From Paraspadella gotoi (lineage: Eukaryota; Animalia; Chaetognatha), in assembly GCA_051294375.1 (NCBI GenBank), contig CM119267.1, positions 7,420,683-7,484,682 of the forward strand: DNA of 64,000 bases, written 5' to 3'. The notes beneath the pieces were generated by a model. It ran no database searches, was not told the origin of the DNA, and saw only the letters and a list, made by a program, of their open reading frames with translations. Shown in pieces: positions 1-13,774 of the stretch. The first letter of the stretch is position 1. Each line of letters starts with the position of its first letter. Position numbers and translations under genes: made by a program.

Positions 1-1265
1 AAGCTAGCATTTTGTACCGAGCACCGTGCCGCAAACTTGAGTCCCTCTGGTATTGTGTGGAAGTGATGGTGGTTCAAGAAATAATTTTTATAGATGGCGA
101 GAAAGTACAAAGGTCTTGAACAAACGAAAAGATCGCTTATAGTGTATGGAATTTCTGCTATGAAATTTGACAGGAAAACCGGATGGAGAATGTGAAGTCA
201 AACAAGATGCGCAAGAAATTGCGAAATTATCATCTTTCTGATAGTGAAGATAATAGCGAAGAAACAGAAAGAAAAAGAGAGAAAAGACAAAAGTCAAAGT
301 ATAAAAGAATGTTTTGTAAGGTTAAAAAAATTGGACTAATACTATTATGTTTGTGTCTTTGGTTGTTTTATCTTATTAAAAAACTAAATATTAAGGTAAA
401 TCAATCTATATTTTTTTACTTTTTAAACTTTGATAATAAAGGGAAAATGTATGTAGTTTTAGTGGGTATTGTTTTTGTATTGTAAACCATAATAAGTTTT
501 TTTAAAAAATAAATTTCTCTCTTTTTAGAAAACGATTTTATGGATGGATGAAGATTGGAAAGTATTATTTGAGATGGATATTTAAAGTTAACATCGAGGT
601 GAGTGAATTTTAATATATTAAAAATGAAAAGATTCTTTAAGTAATATCGATACTCTTAATTTTTTTTTGCTCATAATGTATTTGTTTTTTCAATTTGAAA
701 TATTATATAAGTTAGCAAAAACCGTTATTAATACGTTGTCTTTTTTTTGTTCGCAGGATTGATTTGTGGACCTTGCGACTATATCGAATGAGAAAATTGG
801 TGGTACTTCACTTTCTTATTTATGTTGACATTTAAAAAAGACTTAAAATGACTATTTTTTTGTTTTTTCATAAAACCCTTGCTTTTAGTTTATTCGTGTG
901 TGTTTCAACTAATTATTAGATAGTTTTGTCATTTTGTTTAGTTGCATCGAGATATGGTATTTTACTATTTGATTAAATGATACTGTCATTCGTGATTACT
1001 TTGGTCTATTTGTTTACTTTATTGCGTGTGTGTCATTGAACGGAACTAATAAATGTCACGTTACCTAAGTTGAAAGTGGTTGTTATAGAAAAGTTGTTGA
1101 ATAAAAACAAATATTTCTTTCATTCCTTTTTGCTTTCACAAACGCTTCTATTCATAATAGATAAGCTGTCAGATCTATTTAGTATAGAATAAAACAGAAT
1201 AAATAATCAAATTGTTTATTCTATTTTAGGCAAGTTTGCGCAAGTTTTTAAAAAAAACCGACTGA

Positions 1266-1560
1266 GAAAGTGACCTAAATTGAAAGTGACCCGAACCAAA
1301 GTGACCCGGACCGAAAGTGACCCAGACCGGAAATGACCGGAACCGGAAGTGACCAGAACCGGAAGTGACCGGAACCGGAAGTGGCCGGAACCGGAAGTGA
1401 CCGGAACCGGAAGTGGCCGGAACCGGAAGTGACCAATCTATAGATTGATGACGTCATCGGATTGGAATGTTGATGACGTCATCATATTATCTATAAATAG
1501 ATTGATGACGTCATCAGATTGGAATGTTGATGACGTCATCACTCTGAACCGGAAGTTGGC
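1266..1560. repeat. Tandem array of ETS-like (CCGGAAGTG) and CRE-like (GATGACGTCATC) motifs; possible transposon or viral subterminal region, or a regulatory array
   Basis: A ~16-bp unit CCGGAAGTG(A/G)CCGGAA repeats over ~1340-1435 and degrades leftward to GAAAGTGACC. A 44-bp direct repeat (1441-1484 and 1498-1541) carries two GATGACGTCATC palindromes per copy. Confidence 0.8.
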
Positions 1561-2976
1561 CTCCCAAAGTTACCTTATTCTATCTCTAAAGTCGATATAT
1601 CTAAGGTAGTTGTTATACGGAAAAAAAACCATCAAACCTCAAAGCGGTTCGAGTCGACTACCATTCTAAAGAGAAAAAGCAGTAAATGTAAACTGGTATA
1701 GCATGTAAATGTAGATCAAGCAAAGATAGAGAAAAGAGAAATATGTGAAGGCAAAGCGTGAATATTGCGTTAATACTAGTAGTATCCATTTAGCAAAGAT
1801 GAAAATGCCAAATAATAAAATTTGAGCTAGTACATAACCGAAGTCAAACCGTTGAGCACCGTCTCTTTCAGTTTATTGAAAAAATTTAAAAATGGCGTAT
1901 TTCATCAAATGAAATGTAATTTCGACCAAGCGTTTGGGAGCCCATGCAAGACTCAAATCAACAATAAAACTTATTTCAGTTAATTTACCTGACGGCGTTT
2001 ATAATAAAATTAATAATTGTAGAGGGAAACTATCCAAAAAAGAAATACTATTGGTAGACGAGCTAAACTGGGAAAGATTAAATGAAAAAACCGAAATTTA
2101 GACAATCATAAAAAATATTGTAATATCTAAGTAAAACAATATTTTATTGCTTATAAAAGGTTGAAAGGTCACAAAATTTTTTTCACGACCAATAAAAACA
2201 CGTAGAAGAGAACGAAGAAAATTAACTAGTATTTAAAATTCTCCCTGTTAAAATTTTAAACGTAGAATTAATGAGCAATACACTTAGCACGACAGTTCAA
2301 GAGAAGAAGACTAGTGAACAAGAATCTTTAATAAATTTGAGCAATTGTATTGGTTGCCTGAAAAATTAATTGCTGCGATGGAAAGGTAAAACTGACACAA
2401 AAAATATAAACGTTGCTATAAAAACAGGAAATTAATAAACATTTTTCCGCTAATGCGCATGTATTATTGTAACAATATTTAAATAAAAATTCAAATATAT
2501 TTCAAATGTTTTCCTTAAAAAATTATTTCTGTGTACAAGAGCATGTTACGACATAATTATTAATAATTATTCACTTTAAACATGTAAGTAAAATGTTTTT
2601 AATTTTTAAATCCGAAATATTCCTTTGCATCTTGTAGAAAGAAGAGAAAGGATCAAAAAAAAGGGAAAAAAATTGATTCAATTCGAAAGATGTTACACTT
2701 TGTACGCTACGTGTTTATTTGCGAAAAATCGTAAAAAGAAATATAGAATCTAAATCTAAAAGACCGACGGATTGAAAAAGTTACAATTTAATAATGATTA
2801 AAAATGTTGAAATGCTATACTTGGCAGAATCCGTAGCTAAACTGTAAACTTCGTCTACGCTGTTAATTAGTAGATACAATATTTCAGCTTCTTATTTTGC
2901 ACCACGATTTTGCGGGATTAAAAAAAGCGTGATATGATGACTGTGGAGCCTCCGAACCCGAACGACCATCGATTAT

Positions 2977-5900
2977 TCACCCATGGTTCGTGCAGTTGAA
3001 TTGATGCTGCGGCGTCTGCTGCACTCCTTCAGCCGCCTGATATCCCGGTGGGAGGAGAGTGTGCCGAGCGGCCGGCAACTGAGTCCCGATGGGCGGGGCG
3101 GCGCCGTCGACGTCCACGCGAATGAGGAGAGCGTCGTTGGCGACGAACTCGACGTCGGGCTCCGGGTTGCGCAACTCGTCGAGGGAGATGAAGTCCTTGA
3201 AGCCGAAACCGCGAAGGCCGCGGAGATGAGTGGGACGTTGATAAGCTGAAACGTTAGGGAGGAGGACATACGTAAATATTAAAAAGCCACCAACCCAAGT
3301 CAAAGTTTAGTTAAAGCAATTCTCACCAGCGACGGTCGGCGTCGGGATCAGGAGTTGCGTAAAATCTCGAGATATTGGAGGTTTTTGGTGGCTGGGAGTG
3401 GAGGCGGCCGAAGAGGTCAACGACGACGTCCGTGGCCGCTGATCAAGGATGGTGATCATGACGTGGCCTTGGAAAGGCCAAGGAAGAAAGTCGTCGTATT
3501 CTCCCGGCATCATGTGGACGAAGATAGAGACGCACTTTCCGACGTACCCTTCGACGCCGTGAGGGTTGATCCTAGATCATGGAATCATTGCATTTTCTCA
3601 GCCTATCTGTGATTTTAACCAAGATGATCAAATATCCCCAGAACTCACCGCAAGCAAAGCTTATACCCCTGTGGAGAAGAATAAAAGGGCGGGCTGTATC
3701 TGGCGGGCACACCGCCCTTGGCCGCATCGTCCACCAGCTGCCAGAATGACTCGATCTTCCACAACAGTACGCCGTTGCAAAATCGCGCCTCCATATCGTC
3801 CAGGCGAGTCTGAGACGTTTGAAAAAAAAAATTTTGAAAATCGAAAAAAAAAAAAATTTCTCTGTCAAGACTTCTGACCGACCTTCAGTCTGCTGTTCTC
3901 GAGCCGCAGAGACTGCAGTTCGGTGATCTGCTGCTCCTTCTCCCGCAACTTGACCTCGGCGTCGCGCAGTCGACGCTCCGCGGCGGCGCCTCGTTGTTCT
4001 TGCGTCGCCAAGCGGTCGCCCAAACTCGAAACGTCGTCGCGGAACTTGTCCAACCGCGCCCGGTGGTAGTTGTCTACGAAATACGCGACAAAAACAAAGT
4101 TAAAGTCGTCTTAGTTTTCCAAATTGAATCAAACCTCATTTTGGTTTTACCATTGATTAGTCCGTTGAAGGTGTTGTTGGAGGAATGCAGAAGTTCGGGA
4201 TTTGAGGATGACGTTGATAGGATCTGACTGTCGTTTAGAGTCGGGTCTGGAAGACCGTTGGGGCGAGACCGTGGCAAAGTGGAGCCTGTGACTTTTCCGG
4301 GGATTACACCACCGTTGGTGAAATCCTTCAACTGATGCCCGAGAGGGTCGACCTCAGTCGCTTCTCCGCCGCAGGTAACGTCACTGAACAACGCTGCGGC
4401 GCCGTGGGGCTCGCGGGACTGGAGCTGAGAAGTTAAGGAACTGCTCAAAAACCATTTTTCTCACCCCAATGGTCTGACTTTCTTTTAAGCTTACCTGAAG
4501 CGAGAGCTGCAGGCGGGCGACCTCTTCTATGAGGTGTTGGACTTCGGCGAGAGACTCGGGCCTCGCCGATGATGCCACTCCCTGCATCTCTTCCTTCAGC
4601 CGCGCCACCCCTCGGCACAGCAGCAGCATGTGATCGACAACGTTTTCCTTGGCGTGGGAAGCCATGTCTCGACGCGCGGCGACCGCGGGACAACCGACGG
4701 CGGAAAAATCGCAGCGAATCTCTTCGGAGGCGCACGATCCCGTCGCGTGGGTGGAAGAGGTCATCTCGTCGTGAGAACCAGCTTGCCTGAAGAGGTCGAA
4801 AATGGTAAGTCGAAACTTAAATCGAGAGGAGAATTAATGCGTTCCTCCCATTTCACCTGCAGTGACGACAATTCGTGAGTCTTTTCGGGCAATGGCTAAG
4901 AAGATGATCCGTCAACTGCGGCAACGAAATAAGTTTCCCACAAAAGTTGGGACAAGGCTCCGGAGTGTACGTGCACTCTAACTTGTGTTCCTCGACCGAA
5001 CGGATCGTCAACTCCAGCCGACACCCGTACACGTGATTAGGGCATTTAACCTGCAGTAGACATTTTAACTGGCAGCTTGACAGAATTTATCCAATTACCC
5101 AACAATACTGTTACAAGCCAACCTTCAGTCCCAAAATTTCCCTTTTAGCAAAGGTATCCGGATATATATGAGACTGTTGGATCTTAACGTTGTCCATCGG
5201 GCAAGTTGGTTGACCTAAAAATAAAATTTCACAATATCTAATCATACAAGTACGTATATTGTATCAATTAAGCAATAAGCATTTATTGGAATTTAAAGAA
5301 TTTATACCTCTACTGATCCAATTTTGAATGCAGGAACGACAGAATCGATGGCCACACTCTGTCTGACACGGTTCCTTTAAACACAAATGACAGATGGGGC
5401 ATTCGAATCGACTCTCCAGCGGATCCAAGAAGTCGTAGTCGTATCCTTCGTCAAATTTGACCGCTGAAGGAGATAAAATATTTTCAAAAATTATTTTGCT
5501 GACTAATATTATTAGTAATAATGATCTCTCGAATCGTTTATTTTTTTTTTAGCTTTATTTTCTCTTCTTATCAATTTAAAGAAAGGAAATAAAAACCAAT
5601 ATTACTATTGCAATATGCAAATGAGGTTTGATGACAGAGATTAAGTTCGTATGTCTAATATTGTCTATCGTCTACTGGGAATTAATGGAAGTTAAGCGAA
5701 AAAGGTTTATACCCGACGAAGACGAAGAGGGACTGCCGAGCATTCCGTTGGCGAGATTCGATGACGTGACGTTTCCGGGGACAATGGCGGGTGTGCTACC
5801 AGAAGTGGAGATCAATGATTGAGCCAGATAAACGGGTGATGGTCCTAATAGAAAGAAACAAATGTAATTAACAATATAATAATCAGAATTAGCAAAAACG

Positions 5901-6306
5901 CAAATATTACTGACCGGTAGAGGCGGCATCGAAATTGATAATGGCATTGGTTGGAGGAAAAGGAAGCGACGTGGTGGAACATAGGGTGTTGTTGTTGATA
6001 AACTGATGTTCTTGATTGGCCGGAATCATGGTTGGAAAGTTGCTGTTTGCATAGGCATTCATAGAATTACAATATTTCCCCTGGTCTAATTATTAAGTAT
6101 TTTCTGAACATCCACGCAAGCCAAACCAACCTGTTCATCGCCGAGTGCAGCGCCGGGGACGCTGGCAGGGAGGAGCCGTTGGGCCCGAGGGAGGAGAGGC
6201 TGGCACCAGAGGAGGGGTGACGAAGTCGCGTCCCAGCGTCCAAGGTGCCAGGAGAAACGCTCCCTTGGTAAGACTCCGGTACAAACATCGCCGATCTTCC
6301 TTCCAT
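2977..6306 (-). CDS. TRAF6: TNF receptor-associated factor 6-like (RING, TRAF zinc fingers, coiled coil, MATH); ~12 exons; 5' exon boundary approximate
   Basis: The exon at ~5309-5464 encodes [41 protein letters not shown] (TRAF6-type RING). It continues PTCPMDN...[19 protein letters not shown]. The MATH domain reads CNGVLLWKI...[16 protein letters not shown]...[21 protein letters not shown]...GFGFKDFI. Introns are GT-AG. Confidence 0.9.
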
Positions 6307-6674
6307 CCGGGAACGTGGGAGGAGAGGGTGGGACGTGAACGGCCCACGAGACTCGGAATTCAATATATGACGAAATACGAAAATCAAAGGGAATATTCGT
6401 TACTTTTTTTTACAAACTTAGCGGCTTTTTAAGGCATCGTTATTTTCTTCTAATTCCTTCGCAACTTTTGATATAGGGACGATTATATCGAATTCATATC
6501 GATAACTTTCCATTTAAATTCAGATTTAAATGTTTTTTTTTTTAAAAATCGTTGATAACGCAGTTTTTTTTCCGCTGTCATCAATCAAGGCAGGAAGCTA
6601 TGGTCATAGATTTAATTTTATATCATCAACAAATCTATAAAAAAATAGGTATGTGATAAAATAAAACAAAAACG

Positions 6675-8627
6675 TTAAGCAGCGTGAAATTTTTCAACGT
6701 CTCTCCGCATTACTTTCCTCCCACAGGAAAAACACTCAACGCCGACTTTGAAGTTGGCATTATCGAGACACGAACGACACATTAGGTGTCGGCACGAAAG
6801 TCTGTACGCGGAACCGAAAAGGACACCGTCGCACGCGACGCAGACAACCGACGGTGATCCCTGTCCTGTGCCCGTTCGTCGCTTGGCAGAGGCCAGAATT
6901 TTGGCTAAGGCTTCGTCTAAACTATCTTTGACTCGATCCTCGTGCCCAAGTTTTTCCGCAGATTTCTTCCTTTTTCTTTCCGTAGAACTCCTTTTCGGCA
7001 CCGACGATCCTTTCATCAGAAGTTGGTCCTCGTCGAGAGAGGGCGCTTTTGAGCCGCGTCGGTCGGCCGGAAGGGAGTGGGAAAGCGGCGCCGAAAGAGA
7101 GCGATCGCTGTTTCTTCTGCCCAAAGTTCGAGGGAGAGAGTGATCATTCGAACGAAGAACAAGGAAAGAATCGATCCGAGATTTTAAACCTAGAATAAAT
7201 CACATGTACTCGTTGTACCAACTTCATATTTACAAATTAATTGTGATGAACGAATTAAAAACTGACTGGCATTAGGTAGGGGTTTTGACAGGGCCGAATA
7301 GGCCAAGTTGGTGAATGGATCGCTGGGTGGACGGCCCCACTTGGCCTCTTCCTCGTTATATTTTTCCAAGGTTGAGAGATCGATGTTATGACCTGAGAAA
7401 GATTCAACCGAAAAGATTCCGCACGGATTTTACTAGTACAACAAGCATCTCATAGTTTTTAACTTATCTGTAAAGTATTACACTACGTAAATTAACCATA
7501 TTTAATTATTTAATATTTATGCACAACAAGCACCTTTCTGCTAATTATAAACTAAATTTAAAGTACTCAGTGCTACTTAAATTATTTAATAATACTAAAA
7601 TAATGCAGAGTGAGTGACGACTGATAGACCAAAGGAAAGTACTCGAGGCGCAACTCAAAACTCACCGGACGGTAGCAGCATGGGAATGGTCATAACTTGA
7701 TAAGTTAACGAGTCGAGAAATTCTGGTTCAGGCTCGAAACCTTCGGCAACATTCATATCGCTTTGACGATCGTCCTTAACGGCTTCCTCGATGTCTTCAG
7801 TACCATTTTCCAGTCCCGCTTCGTCGTCCGCCGACAAACGTTGCGAAGCTTCATTGATTGCAGATCTATTTCGAGGTTAATGATGAATAAAAGTTTAACC
7901 TCCGACCCTTGCATAGCACTGAGCCTCTCCTCACTCAAAAAGGACTTACCTCGCGCATTCGTCAATCAAATTCCAATCAGGTACGCCGAAGACTCTTAAT
8001 CCCCGCAACCCAGGCACTGAAGACCCCTTCGTCCTGAAGATCCTTATCCTCAAGCAATCTACACTCTCGGTGGCTCTCGTGCAACCATGTCGCAGTTCGC
8101 GAACGTCAGCCGTCCAAAGACGGCGCGAGACCCGCTTCCCGTTGGCGAAGCGAAGTATGGGGGGTGCGGCGTCGGCGTCGGCGGCCGTTGTTCGAGCGAG
8201 CCGACGAAAAGTTAAAGTCTTTAGAGATTCAATCGTCGAGGGTCGTCGAAGTCGAGAAGACGAGTGCTGAGCGCGCCCGTCCACGCATTTGAGTTCGTCG
8301 TCGTCGTGGAAGGTTGCGGTAAAAACCTCAAAGCCGACGGAGACTTGAGAGCCCACGGAGGTGAAAAACTCAAGACGATGGAGGGAGAAAGGGAATCCAA
8401 AGTCTACGAAGACGTCTACGGGAGGCTGAGAAAAAAAATGTTTATAGACATTCGGATTAGTGTAATAACAATTTTTTTAATGAGCAACCGCAACAAACCT
8501 TGACAAAACGCTCAGCGAGAAAGCCCCGCGCATCAAAGACGCGTTCCACCTCTTGTCCGTCAAAGGAGACGGCGCTGCTGAAGACTCGTTTCATTTTTGT
8601 AGCATCAGAAAGTCTGTTGAGATCCAT
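6675..8627 (-). CDS. UBOX5: U-box and RING domain E3 ligase (RNF37/UBOX5); 5 exons
   Basis: N-terminus SFDGQEVE...GFLAERFVK|PPV. U-box PEFLDSLTYQVMTIPMLLPSG|HNIDLSTLEKYNEEEAKWGRPPSDPFT. C-terminal RING CVAC...CRHLMCRSC...CFSC. Confidence 0.88.
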
Positions 8628-8990
8628 GATCACTCCCCAGTCTTCACTCCTCTCTCTCAGAAACGCGCAAAAAGGTGTCCCCGTCGGAATCTGTCCAATG
8701 AGCGGGGAAAGAGAAGAGTGACCTCCATCCAAATTTTTTAACTTATCGCTGGGAGAGAAAAAAGTTTGTTTTTTTTAAATCTAAAATTTATAACGAACAA
8801 TGACTAGCCAAGATCTTAACCTTTCTTCGAAAACGGTTAGTGGAAATCGGAGATCAACGTGAATTGAAGCCAAAAAGCAGCAAACTGGTAGCGGAATCAA
8901 CAATAAATACAGGATTGTACAATCTATAGAATAAAGTTCTTCGATTTTGTAATATAAAACCATTCATTCAAAATGGTGAACAGCATAAGT

Positions 8991-10839
8991 CTACCCCTGA
9001 AGGGCCTCTTTGGCTTCCACAGTCTCTTTGACGTCCGGAACTTTCTGCCGGCCGACGTCGTATTGAGCGTTGATGCTGCGCCCGATGACGAGGCGCCGGA
9101 TCTCGCTTGTCCCGGCACCGATTTCGTAGAGCTTGGCGTCGCGAAGGATTCGGCCGGTCGGGTAGTCGTTAATATATCCGTTCCCGCCCAAACACTGGAT
9201 GGCGTCGAGAGCGACTTGGGTCGCATTCTCGGCGCAGTAGAGGATGACGCCGGCGCAATCCTTGGCGTTCGCGTGTCCGCGATCGCAGGCGCGAGCGACG
9301 CTGAGAGAAAGGGCACAGAGAGATTAAAGAAGTTCCCAAATCATAGGCAGACGATTTAAACATACACCTTCATACTTGTAAAGGTAAGAACGACAGGCGT
9401 TAAGTCGTGTGTACATGTCAGCCATTTTGGCTTGCATCAATTGAAACTCGCCGATCTTTTGGCCGAAGGCCGTCCGTACGTGGACGTATTCGAATACGAC
9501 GTCGCAAGCCGCCTGCATCAACCCGACAGGACCTGAAAAAGGCAAAAATTAACGATTCGGGGGATTTTCGTCGATACGCAATACACATGAAACCTCAAAT
9601 CCACCTACCGGCCGCGAGGACGAGCCGTTCGACGTCCAAACCGGTCATGAGGATGTAGACGCCCTTCCCCTCGGCGCCCATGAGGTGAGAAGCCGGAACT
9701 TTGCAGTCATCAAAAACGAGTTCGCAAGTATTGGATCCTCGCATCCCCAGTTTGTCGAGTTTTTGAGCCGTGGAGAATCCTTCCATTCCTGCTTCGATAT
9801 TTTCGCTGATTAGAAAACATTTTTCTGTTATCTATTCCACTCGATCCTTGAACCCGATCTTGTAAACTATTAATCAACGAACCCTTCTCGATGAGAAAGG
9901 TAGAGATGCCGTGTTGGGGCTTAGGGTTATGCGGATCCGTTTTGGCGTAAACGACGAGGACGTCGGCGTCGGGTCCGTTGGTGATCCAAAATTTGCTCCC
10001 GTTGAGAACGTAGTAGTCGCCTGACAAAAACGTTAGGCAAATCATTGCACCCAAAGTTAGACCAAATGCTAAACACGGAGATTTCCTCACCCTTTTTCTC
10101 CGCCCTCGTCTTCATAGAAACGACGTCGCTGCCCGAATTGGATTCGGACATCGCGAGCGCGCCGACGTATTCTCCGGAGCAGAGTTTATGAAGGTACTTG
10201 GCCTTTTGTTCCGAGTTACCATGACGACTAATCTGATTAACGCACAAGTTAGAATGAGCGCCGTAGGAAAGGGCGATGGCGCCACTGGCCCGGGAGAGTT
10301 CTTCGATGGCGATGCAGTGCATGAGATAGGTGCTCTCGGAACCGCCGTATTCGCCGGGGGCCGTGATGCCCAAGAGGCCCAAATCGCCCAACTTTTTCCA
10401 AAATTCTCGAAAATTGGGCATTACGTTATTTTGGTCAATCGCGTGAACGATCTGCGAAAAATAAGCATGAATATAACCAATTTAAGGCTTATGTTTCATT
10501 AGGAGGTAACACGAACCCTTCTTCCCTTAAAAATACCTCCGAGGAGAGCTCCTTCTGCGCCAAATCGAAGACCATCTGACGAAAGTGTCGCTCTTCGTCG
10601 TTGAGGTCAAAGATTTCATCGTCGACTTCGTAGGTGGACCCCGAGCGACGAGGGGAGAGGGTGGAGGAAGGAGAGAGAAAAGCCGGAAAATGGCGGGGAG
10701 GTGAAAGAGAGGAAGAGTGATGGAGGCTACATTGTGGGCGGGAAGACGGGCTTGATGACCGGGTTTCGAAAAGTCGGGAAATGAGGGGACACTGAAAATT
10801 TCGCGTCGTCGAAAGACGAGTCACTGCCGAGCGAAGCAT
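8991..10839 (-). CDS. IVD: Isovaleryl-CoA dehydrogenase, mitochondrial; 6 exons
   Basis: Motifs [69 protein letters not shown] and [32 protein letters not shown]. Ser/Arg-rich presequence. Confidence 0.97.
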
Positions 10840-11016
10840 CTTCGACGATTTTTATATTTTCTATAAAAAAATTAAATAACAAGTAAAAGATAAAAGTGTT
10901 CTTTCCACTAACAAAAAAAAGCGCAACATCGGTGACGAGACACTCCTCATACATACATCATACAAGTATCGAACCCGTTTTAACTTCGAGACCAAACCGA
11001 AAATAAATATTCTCAT

Positions 11017-11679
11017 TCATTGTTCTAGTCTTAGATCCGTTTCGTCCGAATCGCTGATTAGTTCTTCGCTCCTTATGGATGGCGATGGAATGAATCCACA
11101 ATTCCTAATTGGCCAAAACTTTAGAAAGACTTTGCCCAAAACAAGACCCAAAGGAATCGGTCCGTGATCACGGGAATCCAAAGACTTTTCTTTGTTGTCT
11201 CCTTCGATCCAAATGTGACCTCTGTAAAACCGAAAAAAAAAAACAAACCAAAAACAACAAAAACATTGAAAACAGAACTCCGATGTTGCCAATATATTTT
11301 ACCTGGGCACCCACGGCTTCATATCTTTCATGTTGGCAATATTTTCTCCTTCCAGTTTCATCACTCGTTTAACTAAAAATTCTCTTGGTTCTTGCGGATC
11401 TCGCAAAAGGACAACATCGTTTTTCTTCACATCGTTCACGAACCTTTGAGTTAAAAAAAATTCAGTAGTTTAAAATATGAAAATTAAATAACACGATTAA
11501 AAATAAGAAGATGTGAAGAACATGTACAACCTGTGAACTAACACCCAATCTCCATCGTTGATAGATGGAAGCATAGATTCTCCGTCACAGGCGGCTACGG
11601 TGACCACGTGATTCATGAAACAACTTCCGCCAAAATATAAGCAAGCTCCCCATGCACAAAATGGACGCAACTTATTCAT
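11017..11679 (-). CDS. IMMP1L: Mitochondrial inner membrane protease subunit (IMP1-like, peptidase S26); 3 exons
   Basis: CDGESMLPSI (catalytic Ser), FLVKRV (catalytic Lys), and VPRGHIWIEGDNKEKSLDSRDHGPIPLGLVLGKVFLKFWP. Confidence 0.85.
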
Positions 11680-11933
11680 GATCTAAGGTCTAAGATCTAA
11701 GGTCTCATGACAAACATTGAACTACAAATTTTTAATAAAATATACGTATATAACCGTGTGTATGTATAAATTAGTACAGACAAAGTAAAGAATGAAATAT
11801 TAAAAAATTGCGAAAAATATTAAAAATTTTAATAAAAAATTAAAAAAAGCGTTTCGCAAAAATACACGCTAATAAAATAAGGTAATTTGAATTACGCAAT
11901 TCTAATATTTGCGTAAGTTGTCCGTCAATCCGT

Positions 11934-12825
11934 CTACAACCCCAGTTTTTTATTTCTTAGCATCTGAACCTTCGCCTTCTTCCCGATCGATTCACTCGGT
12001 CTCTGTCTCTCCATCGGCCTTTTTTCGCTCTTCTCCCTATTTTCCGATTTTGGCGAATCGTTGCTGCTCTCGGCAGAACTCCCGTCGCCGGAAATCGGGG
12101 GGTCGGCCTTCGCGTCGTTCGATGTCGAGTCCCGCTTCTCTTTTTTTCTTAAGGCGCCGACTCGACAGAACGCTGAGTCAATCTCGGATTCGTTCTCCAA
12201 ATCGTCGTCGGGTTTAAAGAGACGCGTCGCAAGGATCTTCCTCGACACCTTCGCCCCCGAGAGTCGATAATCCTCGATCTCGGCGTCCTTGGCGGCGACG
12301 ACGCTCAAGAGCAGGCTCTTCTGCGCTTGCAACGCCGCACAGGTTCTTAAGAGAGGATCGACGAGCAAGTCGAGAAAGGAGTCGTCGCTCTGCCTCGCCG
12401 CCTCGAATTCCCACACAAAATTGATTCGGCCGCCAACCTTGACACGAGTCTTGCACTGTCGTCGATAAACAAAATTATAAATGAAATACATAAAGACCTA
12501 CTGAAAATCCACACCTCACTTTATAAATAGCTTCATCATCGTCGAAGAATTCCTCGATCTTCGCCAGCGGAGATCCGTCTCGAAAAGCGCAAACGCATTT
12601 TTCAATGTTGTCCAAAAGATGTCGATCCGACTCGACATCCAAATGTTCGTTCAAGTCAGCGTTGGCGTCTTTCATGGAAGCAACGCTCGTCCTTCCGACG
12701 AAAACTCCTTTTAAGTCGCTGAAACAGACGACGTAGCCGTGATCAGGGTCGGAGGCGAATTTAACCAAGGTCATTTTCCTGTCCGCTGATACATTTTGCC
12801 AATGTACACGCCGCAGCTTTTCCAT
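11934..12825 (-). CDS. NHEJ1: XLF/Cernunnos non-homologous end-joining factor; 2 exons
   Basis: Head domain GYVVCFSDLKGV...LNEHL. Stalk LVDPLL...KDAEIEDYRLSGAKVSRKILATRLF matches the XLF KDLEIQDY..SGA signature. Basic C-terminal Ku-binding-like tail RNKKLGL. Confidence 0.88.
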
Positions 12826-12894
12826 TTCCCTTCCTGCGGAAAGAAAGGGCGTGAAAAAGGCGAGAAAGAAGCAAAAATAAACATTTATTCAACA

Positions 12895-13662
12895 TTAACA
12901 CTTGATCTTCATCAGGACGAGGCGAATGTCCGGACTTCTAAATGTCTCGTCCATTTGATCAAAAGGCACAAAACGAACGTCGAAAGACTCGGCGACGAGA
13001 GAAAAAAATCGCTTCTGCAGTTCCACCTTTTCCCGCGAGTTTCTCTCTTCAAAGCTGCAGAGGATCGTAGTTCGCGGAGAGGAGAGGGAGACGAGGGTGT
13101 CGACGAGGGGTTTCACCGCCGGCTCGTAGTAGACGCAATCGGAAAGAAAGACGAAATCCGGACTCGAACGGTCGGGGATCTCCTTCGCCGAGCTCCACTC
13201 TTCCAACAGGCTCGTCAATTCTTTTGGAACGGGATTTTCCCATGAGAGGGCGGCGACTTTTAGCCTGCCGCCGTTAGCGTCGATGACGCCACGATTTTCT
13301 TCGCAATTTTTGGACATAAGATCGAGGAGAGCGGAGAGGTCCGTGGCGATGACGGAGGCGCCGAGGGACGCCGCCGCGATGGCCACGAGCCCAGTTCCGG
13401 CTCCGAGTTCAATGGCCGTTTTTTCTCGTAAAAAATTACCCTAATCCGTTACGGATAAATAAACGGCCGAACTTACTTTCTCCTAGAAAAACTCTCCCCA
13501 TTGTCAAATTACCTTTTGCCTCTCATTCTCTATATCCAGATAATGAGTGAGCACGAGAGCAGCGTCCCAAACAACGACGCCGACGTCGCCGTTTTCGATT
13601 TGGTGAATTTGGAGGGAGGTCTCGTCTCTTAATTCGACTTCGCGAATGAAGTACGTTGACAT
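12895..13662 (-). CDS. VCPKMT: METTL21-family protein-lysine methyltransferase (METTL21D/VCPKMT-like); 2 exons
   Basis: MSTYFIREVELRD...GDVGVVVWDAALVL, motif I IELGAGTG, VIATDL, LSDCVYY and CSFEER. Confidence 0.85.
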
Positions 13663-13774
13663 TTTTTTTTTTGAAAGAACTGAAAGCCTTAGCTAACAAA
13701 AGGTTCATAACAATCCAACGGCGCGAGACCAGAAACAAAACGTCCGAAACAAAACAAATCACTTTCGCGTTTTG

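Noticed and set aside
88-800. Plus-strand spliced gene (ORF 183-485 with GT/AG-like signals)
   Set aside because: I could not assemble a convincing open spliced frame or recognise a domain; it may be a decayed element gene.
1266-1435. Regularly spaced repeats resembling a CRISPR array
   Set aside because: There are no unique spacers and no cas genes, and the context is eukaryotic; it is a tandem minisatellite.
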